Positions 51,199 through 62,585 of a stretch of 64,000 nt of DNA are shown here, in pieces (positions within the stretch are counted from its first letter, which is position 1; each line of letters begins with the position of its first letter). A model generated the notes under the pieces. That model was not told the DNA's origin. It was given only the letters and a program-made list of their open reading frames with translations, and made no database searches. A program made the position numbers and the translations under genes. This stretch comes from Actinomycetota bacterium (GTDB lineage: Bacteria > Actinomycetota > Actinomycetes > Actinomycetales > Microbacteriaceae): positions 234 through 64,233 of the forward strand of contig RFYI01000002.1 of NCBI GenBank assembly GCA_009921165.1, written 5' to 3'.

Positions 51199-51930
51199 CT
51201 AGAGATTCCCCAAGGTAATAGCCGCAACAGCAGCCATGCCGGCTGTTGAAGTCCTCAGAACATTAGCCCCAAGGCTAATTAACTCTCCCCCTGAGGCTAC
51301 AAATAGCTCCAGTTCTGATGCATCAATGCCACCCTCAGGTCCAACAACAAGAGCGATTTTGCCCTGTGCTGGTAATTCCAAGGAGCTCAGCAACTTGCTG
51401 GCTGAGATATCTAAAACTAAAACAAGGTCGAAATCAGCAAGAGCCCTAATCAATCCCTTGGTATCTAGAATCCCCTGAACCTTAGGGTTATGGGCTCTAA
51501 GTGACTGCTTGCTAGCTTCGTTCACAATCAACTGCCAACGTTCCTGACCTTTGGCTTGTTTTACTCCATCCCAACGGCTAATCGAACGAGCTGCTTGCCA
51601 AGGAATGACTCCAGTAACCCCAAGTTCTGTTGCAGCTTGAATAGCCAACTCATCACGATCGCCTTTAGCAAGTGCTTGCACTAAGAAGAGATGTCTTTGA
51701 GGAAGTGCTTCAGTAATTACTTCGGATACTAGGACCATCAAAGAAGTGCCTGTGAGTTCTTGGATAGTTCCTTTGACGCGAAGACCTGAACCATCAGATA
51801 ACTGGATAGCTTCGCCAACTCTCATGCGTCTAACTGTTATCGCATGTTTGGCTTCAGGGCCAGATAGTTCAACTTGAGCACCAATAGCTGCATCTTTGAG
51901 ATTGTCTTTATGAAAAAGTGGTTCAACCAT
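51199..51930 (-). CDS. rsmE: 16S rRNA m3U1498 methyltransferase
   Basis: HAxxVRR, ATELGV, GPEGG, LRTSTAG. Confidence 0.95.
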   Translation of the reverse strand: MVEPLFHKDNLKDAAIGAQVELSGPEAKHAITVRRMRVGEAIQLSDGSGLRVKGTIQELTGTSLMVLVSEVITEALPQRHLFLVQALAKGDRDELAIQAATELGVTGVIPWQAARSISRWDGVKQAKGQERWQLIVNEASKQSLRAHNPKVQGILDTKGLIRALADFDLVLVLDISASKLLSSLELPAQGKIALVVGPEGGIDASELELFVASGGELISLGANVLRTSTAGMAAVAAITLGNL

Positions 51931-53013
51931 TTATCTACGACGTCCGCGACCGAAGTTACTGTTGTTTACTTTAGCTAGCCCTGGCTTATCTGATTTTCTA
52001 AGCTCAGAAAGTTTCTTGAACAGTTCTTTTTCCTTTGAATCAATTTTGTGAGGAGTTAGCACTTGAATGCGAACATTCAGATCTCCCCTGCCGTTATGAC
52101 GAAGGTGCTTTATGCCTTTAGCTTTCAATGTGACAACATCACCGGTTTGAGTACCAGGTTTGATTTCAACATCTAAAGAACCATCGAAGGTTTCAATTGG
52201 CACGATAGTTCCAAGCACTGCATCGTGCAAAGGCACTTCGAGAGTTGCTAAGAGATCATCGCCATCACGCTCGAAGTGTTCATCAGCTCTAACAGATATC
52301 TCAACGTAAATATCTCCAGATGGCCCGCCAGCAAAACCAACTTCACCTTGACCAGATAGCTGCAGACGCAAACCATGCTCAACTCCACCTGGAATGTTTA
52401 AATCAAGAGTCCTTCGAGCCCTGGTTCTGCCCTGTCCACGACAGTCAACGCAAGGATCTGGAACTGTTTGACCATAGCCACGGCAACTACCACAAGGAGC
52501 AGAGGTAACGACGTTTCCTAGCAGTGATCTAACCTGACGTTGAATCTGACCAGAACCTTTACAGATATCACAGATAGCCATGGAACTTCCTGGTCTGCAG
52601 GTAGTTCCTAGACAGGTATTACAAACAACAGCAGTGTCAATCTCAATCTGTTTCTCAACACCAGCAACAACTTCCGCAAGAGAAAGTTCAACCCTGAGGA
52701 GTGCATCTTGACCGCGTTCAGCCATCTGACGAGGACCGCGTTGGCCTCCACCAAAGAAGTTCTCAAAGATATCGCCAAATCCGAAGCCACCGGTATCGCC
52801 AAACGGCGATGAACCACCCATGTCATATTGCTGACGTGATTGTGGGTCGCCTAATACTTCGTAGGCGTGGGTTACTAACTTGAAACGCTCTTGCTCTTCT
52901 TCGGTTGGATTCATGTCCGGGTGTAGCTGACGAGCAAGCTTGCGATAAGCCTTCTTGATTTCCTCTTGGCTGGCGTTCTTAGCAACACCTAAAACCTCAT
53001 AGTGATCTGTCAC
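51931..53013 (-). CDS. dnaJ: Chaperone DnaJ (hrcA-linked paralog)
   Basis: HPD J-domain, G/F region, four CxxCxG repeats. Confidence 0.96.
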   Translation of the reverse strand: MTDHYEVLGVAKNASQEEIKKAYRKLARQLHPDMNPTEEEQERFKLVTHAYEVLGDPQSRQQYDMGGSSPFGDTGGFGFGDIFENFFGGGQRGPRQMAERGQDALLRVELSLAEVVAGVEKQIEIDTAVVCNTCLGTTCRPGSSMAICDICKGSGQIQRQVRSLLGNVVTSAPCGSCRGYGQTVPDPCVDCRGQGRTRARRTLDLNIPGGVEHGLRLQLSGQGEVGFAGGPSGDIYVEISVRADEHFERDGDDLLATLEVPLHDAVLGTIVPIETFDGSLDVEIKPGTQTGDVVTLKAKGIKHLRHNGRGDLNVRIQVLTPHKIDSKEKELFKKLSELRKSDKPGLAKVNNSNFGRGRRR

Positions 53014-54053
53014 TAGTCCTCTTGACCCTTAGATAGCAATTTAGATACTGCTAGAACAGCAGCAAAGTTTCTCGGATAGTTCATACGAGTTGGTCCAACA
53101 ACAGCAACCTTGGCAACCTCTGTTCCCTGGTTGCTATAACTCGATAACAGTAGAGAACTGGTAGAGAGTTCCAACACGCTGTTCTCTGAACCAATGATGG
53201 CCCTAGGCTTTTCAGCTTCTAACTTCCAAAGGTTTAGGAATTGCCAGATATCCGACTGCTCATCAAAAGTCTGCAACAAAGAGGATAACCCTCCAGCAAA
53301 CTGTTGTTCACTTCGAACTAGATTCGCAGCTCCTGCAAAGGCGACTTTGTCTTGCTTGTTGGCATCAATCATTGACAAGATGCCATCTGCCAGGATTTGA
53401 ACATTGACTCTTTGTTCTGGAGCAAACTTGGTAACAAGAACTTTAAGTGAATCTGATAACGATTCAATGGCGAAACCTGCACAAACCTGGTTGAACTTCT
53501 CTTTGAGAGATGCAAGGCTCTGCTCGCTAACATCACTTGCAAGTATTACAACATGCTGCTGAATTCTCTCAGCATCAGTAATTAAGAGAATCAGCACTCT
53601 AGATTCAGATACCTTTACAAACTCAACAGATCTAACTGAAACACTCTTCATGTTTGGATACTGAACAACTGCAGCTTCACCAGTTGCTTTAGCCAATAGT
53701 TGTGCTGACGTCTGCAACTTCTCATCAAGGTCGGTTAGCTGATCCAATGTCTTAGCGAAAATCTTGTTTAGTTCAGCAAAGTTCTTTCTGATTTCAGCGG
53801 TTACTGCTTCAGCTTGAATAAGTTGGTCAACGAAGACGCGGTAACCTTTATCGGTTGGAATACGACCGCTGGAAGTGTGTGGGGCTGCAATATATCCCTC
53901 GTCTTCAAGAACCGCCATGTCGTTTCTGATGGTTGCACTGGATACCCCGAAGTTATGGCGTTCAACTAAAGTCTTGGAACCAACTGGTTCATTGGTAGCA
54001 ATGAAGTCCTCAATGATGGCGCGCAGAACAGCCATATTGCGCTCTGAAATCAT
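53013..54053 (-). CDS. hrcA: Heat-inducible transcription repressor
   Basis: [29 protein letters not shown]. Confidence 0.96.
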   Translation of the reverse strand: MISERNMAVLRAIIEDFIATNEPVGSKTLVERHNFGVSSATIRNDMAVLEDEGYIAAPHTSSGRIPTDKGYRVFVDQLIQAEAVTAEIRKNFAELNKIFAKTLDQLTDLDEKLQTSAQLLAKATGEAAVVQYPNMKSVSVRSVEFVKVSESRVLILLITDAERIQQHVVILASDVSEQSLASLKEKFNQVCAGFAIESLSDSLKVLVTKFAPEQRVNVQILADGILSMIDANKQDKVAFAGAANLVRSEQQFAGGLSSLLQTFDEQSDIWQFLNLWKLEAEKPRAIIGSENSVLELSTSSLLLSSYSNQGTEVAKVAVVGPTRMNYPRNFAAVLAVSKLLSKGQED

Positions 54054-54089
54054 CCGGACTCCTAGGTAAGTATCAAAGACTCAGGAGTG

Positions 54090-54116
54090 TTAGCACTCTT
54101 ATGTCTAGAGTGCCAA
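54090..54116. promoter_or_regulatory. CIRCE element
   Basis: TTAGCACTC-N9-GAGTGCCAA immediately upstream of hrcA. Confidence 0.93.
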
Positions 54117-54118
54117 TA

Positions 54119-54616
54119 TTACTTCACGAAGCGGATACAAACTGGATACTTGTATTCCTTGCCAGCTGATGCTGCACTCGAAGCGATGATGCTGAAAATC
54201 ACCGCAACAATTCCAAGGATTGAAGCCATAGGGACTAACACGATTAGAGAAGTAGGCTCTAGACCCCAAATAATCGCCCCAATCAGAAAGGAGGAAAACA
54301 TGAAAAGTAGTGAGGTGAACTGCAAGTTCATTGATTCGGTTGCATGACGGCGTTCGAAATCGGTTGCTTTAGCAGAGTTTCTGATCAGTAAGCCAGGTAG
54401 CCAAAGCAGAAAGATCGGGAAGAAAAGAAAAATGGAGCTGAAAGCAGCTAGCAGCGGGGCTAAATGTGACCACATTGCCAAATTGGTTTTGCCGGAGTTC
54501 AAAGCTATTGGATTGGCCGGGTCAATCTCGTCTTTACTACTGGATAACTGACGACCACAAACCAAACAAAACTTGCCGGTCTTCTGTTCTTTGTCACATG
54601 ATAAGCAGTAAGCCAT
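54119..54616 (-). CDS. DUF4870-like membrane protein with N-terminal zinc ribbon
   Basis: CLSC...CLVC, AMWSHL, HATESMNLQ, YKYP. Confidence 0.8.
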   Translation of the reverse strand: MAYCLSCDKEQKTGKFCLVCGRQLSSSKDEIDPANPIALNSGKTNLAMWSHLAPLLAAFSSIFLFFPIFLLWLPGLLIRNSAKATDFERRHATESMNLQFTSLLFMFSSFLIGAIIWGLEPTSLIVLVPMASILGIVAVIFSIIASSAASAGKEYKYPVCIRFVK

Positions 54617-54646
54617 TTTCTGTCCCCTTAGTGTATTCCTTTTGAC

Positions 54647-55876
54647 TTAGTTTATGAGTTTTCTGACCACTAAATCTGCTAGTAAACGACCTTTTAATGT
54701 TAATTTAATCCAACCACTAAATACCGCTTTCGCCTCAATAAGTTCTTCAGCAATTAGCTCAGCGACTGCCTGGCTGCTTGCAAAACCCTGCTCTTTGAGC
54801 CAAGCCAGGTTTATTCCCTCGGCAATACGTGTTTCCAACATCACTCGCTCGATGTTTCTGTTCTCTTCGTCGATGAGTTCTCGCTCTAAAGCAGGAGAAA
54901 TTGAAGCACTGATGCGCTCTTGATATGCAGCTGGATTCTTCACATTCCACCATCGAACACCACCAACATGAGAATGTGCACCTGGACCATAGCCCCACCA
55001 GTCCATTGATTTCCAGTAAGCCATGTTGTGAGCAGATCTGGTTTGAACTGTCTTGGACCAGTTGCTCACTTCATAGTTAGTAAATCCAACAGAGCTAAGC
55101 ATTTGGTCTGCCAACTCATACATGTCCGCGTGTAAATCTTCATCTGGCTGTGCTACGAGACCAGATTTAATTTGCCTGGCAAGTTTTGTTCCTTCTTCGA
55201 CTATCAGAGAGTATGCGCTGATGTGTTCAGTATCTAAATCAATAGCAGCCTGCAAAGACCTTTTCCAGTCTTCGAGACTCTCAGTTGGCGATCCGTATAT
55301 AAGGTCAACGCTGGTTGCCAAGCCAACCTTCTTAGCAGCAGCGATGGCTCTGGCAACATTATCTGGGTTATGGGTTCGCTCTAACACTGCTAAGACTTTG
55401 GGGACAGCTGATTGCATGCCGATGGAAACTCTCGTGAACCCAGCATCCTTGAGTTCTTGAAGATATGATTCATCAACAGAATCGGGATTAGCCTCAGTGG
55501 TAATGTCAAGACCTGGTTCAAGCCCGAATACCGATTCGAGTTTCTGCAAGATAACTACCAGATCACCAGCAGGAAGCAGCGTTGGTGTTCCGCCCCCAAA
55601 GAAGACGGTAGACAACTTTCGCGAAGGAAAGCTGGAGCTATCTAATACACCTGCCGAGAACTCAATCTCTTTGATAAGTGTTTGAGCAAAAGTTCCTTGT
55701 GAGGATGAACCAATCTCCTCCGAAGTATATGTATTGAAATCACAGTAACCACAGCGCGCCTTACAGTATGGAACGTGTATGTATGCATGAAAGGTTTTAT
55801 CTACTGAACTAACAGCAGCCTGCAAAGGTATTAGACCATCAGCTGGCGCTGGTTCACCCTTTGGGAATTGGGGCAT
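54647..55876 (-). CDS. hemW: Radical SAM heme chaperone HemW
   Basis: HVPYCKARCGYCDF, GGGTP, YEVSN, GPGAH. Confidence 0.93.
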   Translation of the reverse strand: MPQFPKGEPAPADGLIPLQAAVSSVDKTFHAYIHVPYCKARCGYCDFNTYTSEEIGSSSQGTFAQTLIKEIEFSAGVLDSSSFPSRKLSTVFFGGGTPTLLPAGDLVVILQKLESVFGLEPGLDITTEANPDSVDESYLQELKDAGFTRVSIGMQSAVPKVLAVLERTHNPDNVARAIAAAKKVGLATSVDLIYGSPTESLEDWKRSLQAAIDLDTEHISAYSLIVEEGTKLARQIKSGLVAQPDEDLHADMYELADQMLSSVGFTNYEVSNWSKTVQTRSAHNMAYWKSMDWWGYGPGAHSHVGGVRWWNVKNPAAYQERISASISPALERELIDEENRNIERVMLETRIAEGINLAWLKEQGFASSQAVAELIAEELIEAKAVFSGWIKLTLKGRLLADLVVRKLIN

Positions 55877-57735
55877 TAATCGCCCTTCTTCTTACCTTTT
55901 TTCTCCGAATCAGAGGTAAGTGCTGCGATGAAGGCCTCTTGTGGCACCTCGACGCGACCCACCATCTTCATGCGCTTCTTACCCTCTTTTTGCTTTTCCA
56001 AAAGCTTACGCTTACGAGAAATGTCACCACCGTAACACTTAGCCAAAACATCCTTACGCATCGCTCTGATGCTCTCCCTTGCAATAATTCGCGCACCGAC
56101 AGCAGCCTGAATAGGTACCTCGAATTGTTGACGAGGAATAAGTTCACGAAGCTTTGTAGTCATCATGACACCGTAGGCATAGGCCTTATCCTTGTGAACA
56201 ATCGCACTAAAAGCATCAACCTGCTCACCCTGCAAAAGGATGTCTACCTTGACTAGATCTCCCTGGGCTAAACCGTTCTCCTCGTAATCCAAAGATGCAT
56301 AGCCTTGGGTTTTTGACTTTAGATGATCGAAGAAGTCGAAGACAATCTCAGCAAGCGGCATGTCATAACGTAACTGAACTCGGTCAGTTCCGAAGTATTG
56401 CATATCAACCATCACACCGCGTCTACCCTGGCAGAGCTCCATAATTGCTCCAACATAATCTTTTGGAGAAAGAATTGTTGCACGCACCATTGGCTCTAAA
56501 ACTTTAGCTATCTTCCCAGTTGGATACTCACTTGGGTTGGTAACAGTGATTTCTTTCTTGTCATCAAGAGTTACCTCATAGATAACCGATGGAGCTGTTG
56601 CAATCAACTCAAGGTTGAATTCACGCTCTAGTCTTTCGGTGATGATTTCCAAGTGCAGAAGCCCTAGGAAACCACATCTAAAACCAAAACCAAGAGCAAC
56701 AGAGGTCTCCGGTTCATAAACTAAAGAAGCATCACTGAGTTTTAGCTTGTCTAGAGCTTCACGCAAAATCGGATAATCAGAACCATCAATTGGATAAATA
56801 CCCGAATAAACCATTGGCTTAGGTTCTGAATAACCCTTGAGAGCAACAGCAGCTGACTTCATCGCTGTTGTTACAGTGTCGCCAACTTTAGATTGACGAA
56901 CATCTTTCACACCAGTGATCAGATACCCTACTTCACCAACACCAAGACCCTTGGTTGGTTCTGGCTCGGGAGAAGAAACACCAATCTCCAAAAGATCGTG
57001 AACAGCTTTAGTTGACATCATCGTGATCTTTTCACGGTTACTCAAACTGCCATCAACCATACGAACGTAAGTAACAACACCACGGTAAGAGTCATAGACA
57101 GAGTCAAAGATCATGGCACGGGCAGGAGCATTTGGATCTCCAACTGGATGCGGAACAGTTTGAATGATCTTGTTCAACAGCTCGTCAACCCCAACACCGG
57201 TCTTACCTGAAACTCTTAGACAGTCTTCAGGGTTACCGCCAATAAGGTTGGCCAGTTCTTCTGCATACTTCTCAGGTTGAGCTGCCGGAAGGTCAATCTT
57301 GTTCAGCACCGGAATGATCGTCAGATCATTCTCCATAGCCAAATACAAGTTAGCTAGTGTCTGAGCTTCAATACCTTGAGCGGCATCCACCAACAACACA
57401 GCACCTTCACAAGCAGCCAAAGATCGTGAAACTTCATAAGTGAAGTCAACGTGTCCTGGAGTGTCGATCATGTTTAGGGCGTAAACCTGTTTCTCAAATT
57501 CCCAAGGCATACGAACAGCTTGAGACTTGATGGTGATTCCGCGTTCACGTTCAATATCCATGCGGTCAAGGTATTGAGCACGCATTGAACGGTCATCAAC
57601 AACACCGGTGAGCTGCAACATACGGTCAGCCAAGGTTGATTTACCGTGGTCAATGTGAGCAATTATGCAGAAATTCCTGATGAAATCTGGGTTGGTCTTA
57701 CTAGGCTCTAGCTTTGAATTAGCACGTGGCGACAA
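55876..57735 (-). CDS. lepA: Elongation factor 4
   Basis: [36 protein letters not shown]. Confidence 0.98.
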   Translation of the reverse strand: MSPRANSKLEPSKTNPDFIRNFCIIAHIDHGKSTLADRMLQLTGVVDDRSMRAQYLDRMDIERERGITIKSQAVRMPWEFEKQVYALNMIDTPGHVDFTYEVSRSLAACEGAVLLVDAAQGIEAQTLANLYLAMENDLTIIPVLNKIDLPAAQPEKYAEELANLIGGNPEDCLRVSGKTGVGVDELLNKIIQTVPHPVGDPNAPARAMIFDSVYDSYRGVVTYVRMVDGSLSNREKITMMSTKAVHDLLEIGVSSPEPEPTKGLGVGEVGYLITGVKDVRQSKVGDTVTTAMKSAAVALKGYSEPKPMVYSGIYPIDGSDYPILREALDKLKLSDASLVYEPETSVALGFGFRCGFLGLLHLEIITERLEREFNLELIATAPSVIYEVTLDDKKEITVTNPSEYPTGKIAKVLEPMVRATILSPKDYVGAIMELCQGRRGVMVDMQYFGTDRVQLRYDMPLAEIVFDFFDHLKSKTQGYASLDYEENGLAQGDLVKVDILLQGEQVDAFSAIVHKDKAYAYGVMMTTKLRELIPRQQFEVPIQAAVGARIIARESIRAMRKDVLAKCYGGDISRKRKLLEKQKEGKKRMKMVGRVEVPQEAFIAALTSDSEKKGKKKGD

Positions 57736-57970
57736 AGATAACCTCTTGAATGACCTAGATAAACGAAACTTGAGGCGAATGCCTAGCCTCTATTGTCGCA
57801 TAACTACTAGGTTCTTGGGCTAATAACCAGCCAAAATGGGTTGCTTGAACCCCAGAATGGCTGGTAGTCTTGACAAGATATAGGTGAGTGTCTCCATCTG
57901 ATCAATCCAAACCTAACGTTTTTGCAGTTTGTTCCGCTTGCGCGGGGCAAAGCACCTAAGAAAGTGAAAC

Positions 57971-58231
57971 ATGGCAAATATCAAGTCACAGATCAAGCGA
58001 ATCGGTACCAACGCTAAGGCAACCGAGCGCAACAAGGCAGTTCGCAGCGAAGTGAAGACAGCAGTTCGTGCAGTCCGCGAAGCAGCAGCAGCCGGAGACA
58101 AGACCAAGGCAGCAGAAGCACTGAAGGTCGCAACTAAGAAACTAGACAAAGCTGTTTCTAAGGGCGTTTTTCACAAGAACCAGGCAGCTAACAAGAAGTC
58201 AGCTATCGCCAAGAAGGTTTCTTCTCTGTAA
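57971..58231 (+). CDS. rpsT: 30S ribosomal protein S20
   Basis: [10 protein letters not shown]...[10 protein letters not shown]. Confidence 0.98.
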   Translation: MANIKSQIKRIGTNAKATERNKAVRSEVKTAVRAVREAAAAGDKTKAAEALKVATKKLDKAVSKGVFHKNQAANKKSAIAKKVSSL

Positions 58232-58247
58232 ATCGAATTATTGAATG

Positions 58248-58278
58248 AAGAACTCGCTTCGGCGGGTTCTTTTTCTTT
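58248..58278 (+). terminator. Intrinsic terminator after rpsT
   Basis: AAGAACTCGC-TTCG-GCGGGTTCTT followed by a T-rich tract. Confidence 0.9.
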
Positions 58279-59455
58279 AAACGGCAGGTATCCGCTTATC
58301 TCTTCCAGCAAGAGCGCCAGCAAAGAGTTGAATAAAAGTCATCACAATCAACAGGATCAAACTGAAGTTCCAGGAACCTGTCACATCAGCGAGATAACCA
58401 AAAGCAAACGTTCCAAAGGCTGCAATCAGATAGCCATAACCTTGGGATAAAGCAGATAACTGAGTAGTTTGAGTCGCTGTACTTGCTCTTGAACCGATCA
58501 AGGTAAGCGATAGCGGGAATGTTGCAGCAAAACCAAGACCTGTAATCACGCAAGCGATAATCAGTAATCCAGGAGTTAACCAAATCAAAGTTAAACCAGT
58601 CAGAGTCAGTGTTGATACGAACACCGCCATGAAGGATAAATTCTTGAACTTTCTAAATACCAACGAAACTAAGAATCCTGTTGGGATACCAACAGCTGTT
58701 GTGAGCCCAAGAATTGAACCCGCATCGACTGCCGATAATCCCCTAGCAATCAAAAGCGAAGGCATCCAATTCAAGATGGCATAGAAACCGGCAGACTGTA
58801 ATCCGAAAAAAGCTACGATAGCCCAAGTCAAAGGTGATCTGACAACGGCGGCTCGTTCTTCAGCATGAGTCTCAGCCGAAGTAACAACATCGTGAGTCTT
58901 AGTTCGAGATACCGGTAACCAGAAGATGATCGCTAACACTGCTGGCACAATCCAAAGAGCGAGAGCTCCACGCCAACCACCGAGCAGGTTTGAAGTCGGA
59001 ACTGCAATTGCTGCCGACAAGCTCGCTGAGATCGCTAACAATGTGACATAAACACCGGTGATTAGTTCAATCCGGTTTGGAAACTGCTCTCTGACAACTG
59101 TTGGAATGAGCACGTTTCCAATTGCAATGGCGAGACCAATGAACACTGTGCAAATAATCAGTGCAGTGAAGCCTCCAATTAGTCGAATTGCCATTGCAGC
59201 AGTTAGAGCAAGCAACACAAGAAGCATCGCTCTGTTCAGAGTAAAACGCTTTACTAGAGCGGGACTAGCGAAAGCTCCAAGCCCGAAGCAGACAATCGGC
59301 AAAGAAGTGAGCAGACCGACTTGGAACAAGCTAAGAGACTCTGACTTAGTAAGCTCATCCACCAAAGGACCTATCGCAGCTACCGGTGGTCTAAGAACTA
59401 GTGAGATAAATACCAAAGCTAGAAATGCAAAAAAGGAGTACTTGACGGTCTTCAC
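58277..59455 (-). CDS. MFS transporter, CynX/NimT-like
   Basis: 12 TMs; LRPPVAAIGP, GNVLIP, LSALSQGYGY. Confidence 0.88.
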   Translation of the reverse strand: MKTVKYSFFAFLALVFISLVLRPPVAAIGPLVDELTKSESLSLFQVGLLTSLPIVCFGLGAFASPALVKRFTLNRAMLLVLLALTAAMAIRLIGGFTALIICTVFIGLAIAIGNVLIPTVVREQFPNRIELITGVYVTLLAISASLSAAIAVPTSNLLGGWRGALALWIVPAVLAIIFWLPVSRTKTHDVVTSAETHAEERAAVVRSPLTWAIVAFFGLQSAGFYAILNWMPSLLIARGLSAVDAGSILGLTTAVGIPTGFLVSLVFRKFKNLSFMAVFVSTLTLTGLTLIWLTPGLLIIACVITGLGFAATFPLSLTLIGSRASTATQTTQLSALSQGYGYLIAAFGTFAFGYLADVTGSWNFSLILLIVMTFIQLFAGALAGRDKRIPAV

Positions 59456-60435
59456 TAGATTCTTCCTTTATTTGCAACCAGTGAAACAAAACGCTCCAGT
59501 GCATAAGCTGAATCCTTTTCGCCACCTTTGACGGCAAAGTCGGTATCAGCCAAAGCATGAATAACCCTTGCCATAGCTTCTTCCGTCCAACCGGCCAGAG
59601 ATTCTCTGGTCTTTCTGAAAACCCAATCAGGCATTCCCATGCTGGCAGCACTGACATTGGGATTACCAATCATCTTGGCAAGTTCAGTTATCTTTTTTGA
59701 GAAAGCTGAAATGATCAGCACACCTTCGATGCCTTGGTCCAAGCTGTGTCTAAGTAATAGCAAAGATTCAGCTGCTCTGCCGGCAAGCGCTGAATCAGCA
59801 ATCTTGAAGCCAGTTGTTTCAAGGCGTCCACCAAAATACTTCTCAACAATCTGCGGTGTGATTTCACCCGAGTCATCATTCTGCAATTGCGAACAAGCAG
59901 CGGAGAGTTCTTCGAAGTCTTTCCCAAAAATATCAATCAGCGCTTGAGCTGCAGCTCTCTGAATCTTTCTACCCTTGCTATTGAACTCCGACTCAACAAA
60001 AGCTAAACGCTCAGCTTCTTTAGTTATTTCCAGGCAAGTAGCTTCAATTACTAGGTCATTACTTCTAAGCGATTCCAATAGTCGCTTACCCCTGACGGAT
60101 TTACCGTTATGTCTAAAGATCACAACAGCATCTTCGGCTGGTTGTTGGGCATAGTCGATGCCATCAGTAATCAAAGCATCAGAACAACGCTCAACACCAT
60201 CAATAACTACCAGTTTGGAATCCCCAAATAGACCAGCACTTGCAAGATCAAAAATCTGACCCGGACCGTATTCAGATGCATCAATCTCAACTACTTCGAG
60301 ATTTTCATTAGATCTTCGCATCTGGTCACGAACAGCTTTGATTGCACTTTCAGCAAAGAAATCTTGCGGACCAGAAACGAGTATGACTGGCGCTACCTTT
60401 ACTAATCGCCAAGGAATTTGTTTTGCTGGACTCAC
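59455..60435 (-). CDS. holA: DNA polymerase III delta subunit
   Basis: GLFGD, HNGKSVRGK, DFAVKGG...YALE; conserved comEC-holA-rpsT neighbourhood. Confidence 0.9.
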   Translation of the reverse strand: MSPAKQIPWRLVKVAPVILVSGPQDFFAESAIKAVRDQMRRSNENLEVVEIDASEYGPGQIFDLASAGLFGDSKLVVIDGVERCSDALITDGIDYAQQPAEDAVVIFRHNGKSVRGKRLLESLRSNDLVIEATCLEITKEAERLAFVESEFNSKGRKIQRAAAQALIDIFGKDFEELSAACSQLQNDDSGEITPQIVEKYFGGRLETTGFKIADSALAGRAAESLLLLRHSLDQGIEGVLIISAFSKKITELAKMIGNPNVSAASMGMPDWVFRKTRESLAGWTEEAMARVIHALADTDFAVKGGEKDSAYALERFVSLVANKGRI

Positions 60436-60444
60436 CTGTAAAGC

Positions 60445-62568
60445 CTAACTTCTGCCCGCCACTTGAATGCTTAGCCCCGATTGCCCTTCCAATACCCCGA
60501 GAGCCCCCATTTCATCGGTTCGCAATACTTGAGCGCCAACCCTGTCCAATAGCTTCAGTGTCCTATCTGTCGGATGTCCATAGGAATTGTGTTGCCCTAC
60601 TGAAACCAAAGCCAAATCTGGTCTTATTGCTTCATAAAACTCAGGGGCTTGATCTCCAGAACCATGGTGGGCAACCTTCACAACTACAATTCTTGAACCA
60701 TAGCTTCGAGTCAGCAATTGTGAAGATTCTGCTCCTATTCGCAGTTGCGCGCGCTCCCCTAAATCAGCCAAGGTATACAGAACCATTTGGTCATCAATCC
60801 AAAGCATGGACACACTGCCATCATTGCTATCTTCTGCCTCAGGTGCTCCGCGATGGGGTGAAAGTACTTGCCAACTAAATGCGCCCAACGTTCCAGTCAT
60901 ATCCTTCTCGGCTTTGATGGTTTCTATCCCTTGAGCATCGAGCACATTCTGGACGAAGTCTGCGCCAGGCCTGGTGTCGACAAAGGAGGTAACCAGGGCC
61001 CCTGAAACAGTTCGACCTGAAACCGCTCCAATTACTCCACCAACATGATCCATGTCAAAGTGGGTAAGTATCAGAAGGTCTATCTTTGAGATATTCAGAT
61101 CTCGCAGACATGAATCAATTGCTGGGTCTTCTCGCCCAACATCAACAACAGCAACCTTGCCCTCAGAGCGAATTACCAGTGCATCACCTTGACCAACATC
61201 ACAGTTGATAAGCGTGTAGTTTCCGGAATAGAAATTGCCTCGCTGCAACGCAAAGGAACTAGTTTGAGTGACAAAACTTAAGGCAACTAGAGCAGCAACT
61301 CCTCCGGCAACTCTCCTAACCATTTTCTGCTTTGATACCAAGTAGATCCAAACTGAACCGGTAATAACAATTGCCATTGCAACACCTAGAGCGCCTTCAT
61401 ACCAATTGATACTCGCCGAAGGAGCAGATGCGAGGCTGTGTCCAATGTAAACAATGCAACAACTGAGAAGAGACGCTAAATAGCTCAAAGCTCCAGCTAG
61501 TGATGGAACCAAGGGTGAAATCAAACAAGAAATGAGACCCAGCACAGTAATCGGAGCAACCAATGGTTCGGCCAGTATGTTCGCTAACACCGAATACAGC
61601 GGAACCTTTGGCTGCAAGACCAAAAGGACTGGTAAACATGCAATCTGGGCTGCTACCGAAACAGATAAAACTACAGCCAACCAGGTTGGCATCTTCTTCT
61701 CAAAGTGTTCAACCAACCTTGGCGCTAAGACCAATAGCCCAAGGGTTGCCAGTACCGATAGAGCAAAACCATAATCAAGTGAAAGTGCTGACTGATAAAG
61801 CAAAAGCAAGATGATGCTGAGACTGATCGCATCTAGCGGATGCACTCGTCTACCTAATGACCAACCAACAAGAACAACGGCAACCATGACACTTGCCCTT
61901 AGAACACTTGGTTCTGGCCCAACCAAACCTAAATAAAGAACAATCGCACCAAAACTTAGTGAGAGGCGAATTATTCGTTTCACGGGAAGGAGATTCAAGA
62001 GCAGCGCAACCCCAGCTAAAACAATGGCACAGTTAGCCCCGCTTACGGCAGATAAGTGTGTCAAGGAAACTACCTTGAAATCATTTTTAGTTTGCTCGGA
62101 TAGTTTCGAATCATCACCAATCGCAAGACCGGCAACAAGAGCAGCCGAGTCAGTCGTTATTCCTTGCAATGAATTGAGGAATGACTTTCTAATGAACGCT
62201 AGATAATCAACTGAATTTGACTCTTTGGAATCCAATACATGTTTGAGAGTTGCGCTAAAGACTTCATCGTTTTTATAAGCCGGCTTCAGTGATATCACTG
62301 CCCGAAATTTAGCGCCAGCAGAAAGCCCTAGTTCCTTATTAGAAGTAAGCGAACCACTCGCTCCAGAGAACGCCTTGGGTTCAAGAATTGTTACCTGAAC
62401 GCGGTAACGAGACTGATTCCCTAATCCCCTAACTGCAACAGGATCTGTATCTATTGATGCTGTAACAATGACTGTAGCTCTGTTCTGAATGGCGCTTCTA
62501 AGTTCACTATTAACCAGATTTGGGGCAACGTACAGCATGAAGCAGATAGCTGATAGCCACGCAATCAC
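60445..62568 (-). CDS. comEC: ComEC/Rec2 DNA uptake channel with metallo-beta-lactamase domain (true start may be CTG at 62589)
   Basis: HLSAVSGAN, PSVLRA, GFALS, DVGQGD, THFDMDH, HHGS, NSYGHP, RTD. Confidence 0.92.
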   Translation of the reverse strand: MIAWLSAICFMLYVAPNLVNSELRSAIQNRATVIVTASIDTDPVAVRGLGNQSRYRVQVTILEPKAFSGASGSLTSNKELGLSAGAKFRAVISLKPAYKNDEVFSATLKHVLDSKESNSVDYLAFIRKSFLNSLQGITTDSAALVAGLAIGDDSKLSEQTKNDFKVVSLTHLSAVSGANCAIVLAGVALLLNLLPVKRIIRLSLSFGAIVLYLGLVGPEPSVLRASVMVAVVLVGWSLGRRVHPLDAISLSIILLLLYQSALSLDYGFALSVLATLGLLVLAPRLVEHFEKKMPTWLAVVLSVSVAAQIACLPVLLVLQPKVPLYSVLANILAEPLVAPITVLGLISCLISPLVPSLAGALSYLASLLSCCIVYIGHSLASAPSASINWYEGALGVAMAIVITGSVWIYLVSKQKMVRRVAGGVAALVALSFVTQTSSFALQRGNFYSGNYTLINCDVGQGDALVIRSEGKVAVVDVGREDPAIDSCLRDLNISKIDLLILTHFDMDHVGGVIGAVSGRTVSGALVTSFVDTRPGADFVQNVLDAQGIETIKAEKDMTGTLGAFSWQVLSPHRGAPEAEDSNDGSVSMLWIDDQMVLYTLADLGERAQLRIGAESSQLLTRSYGSRIVVVKVAHHGSGDQAPEFYEAIRPDLALVSVGQHNSYGHPTDRTLKLLDRVGAQVLRTDEMGALGVLEGQSGLSIQVAGRS

Positions 62569-62585
62569 GGCCCCGACCCTGAGTT

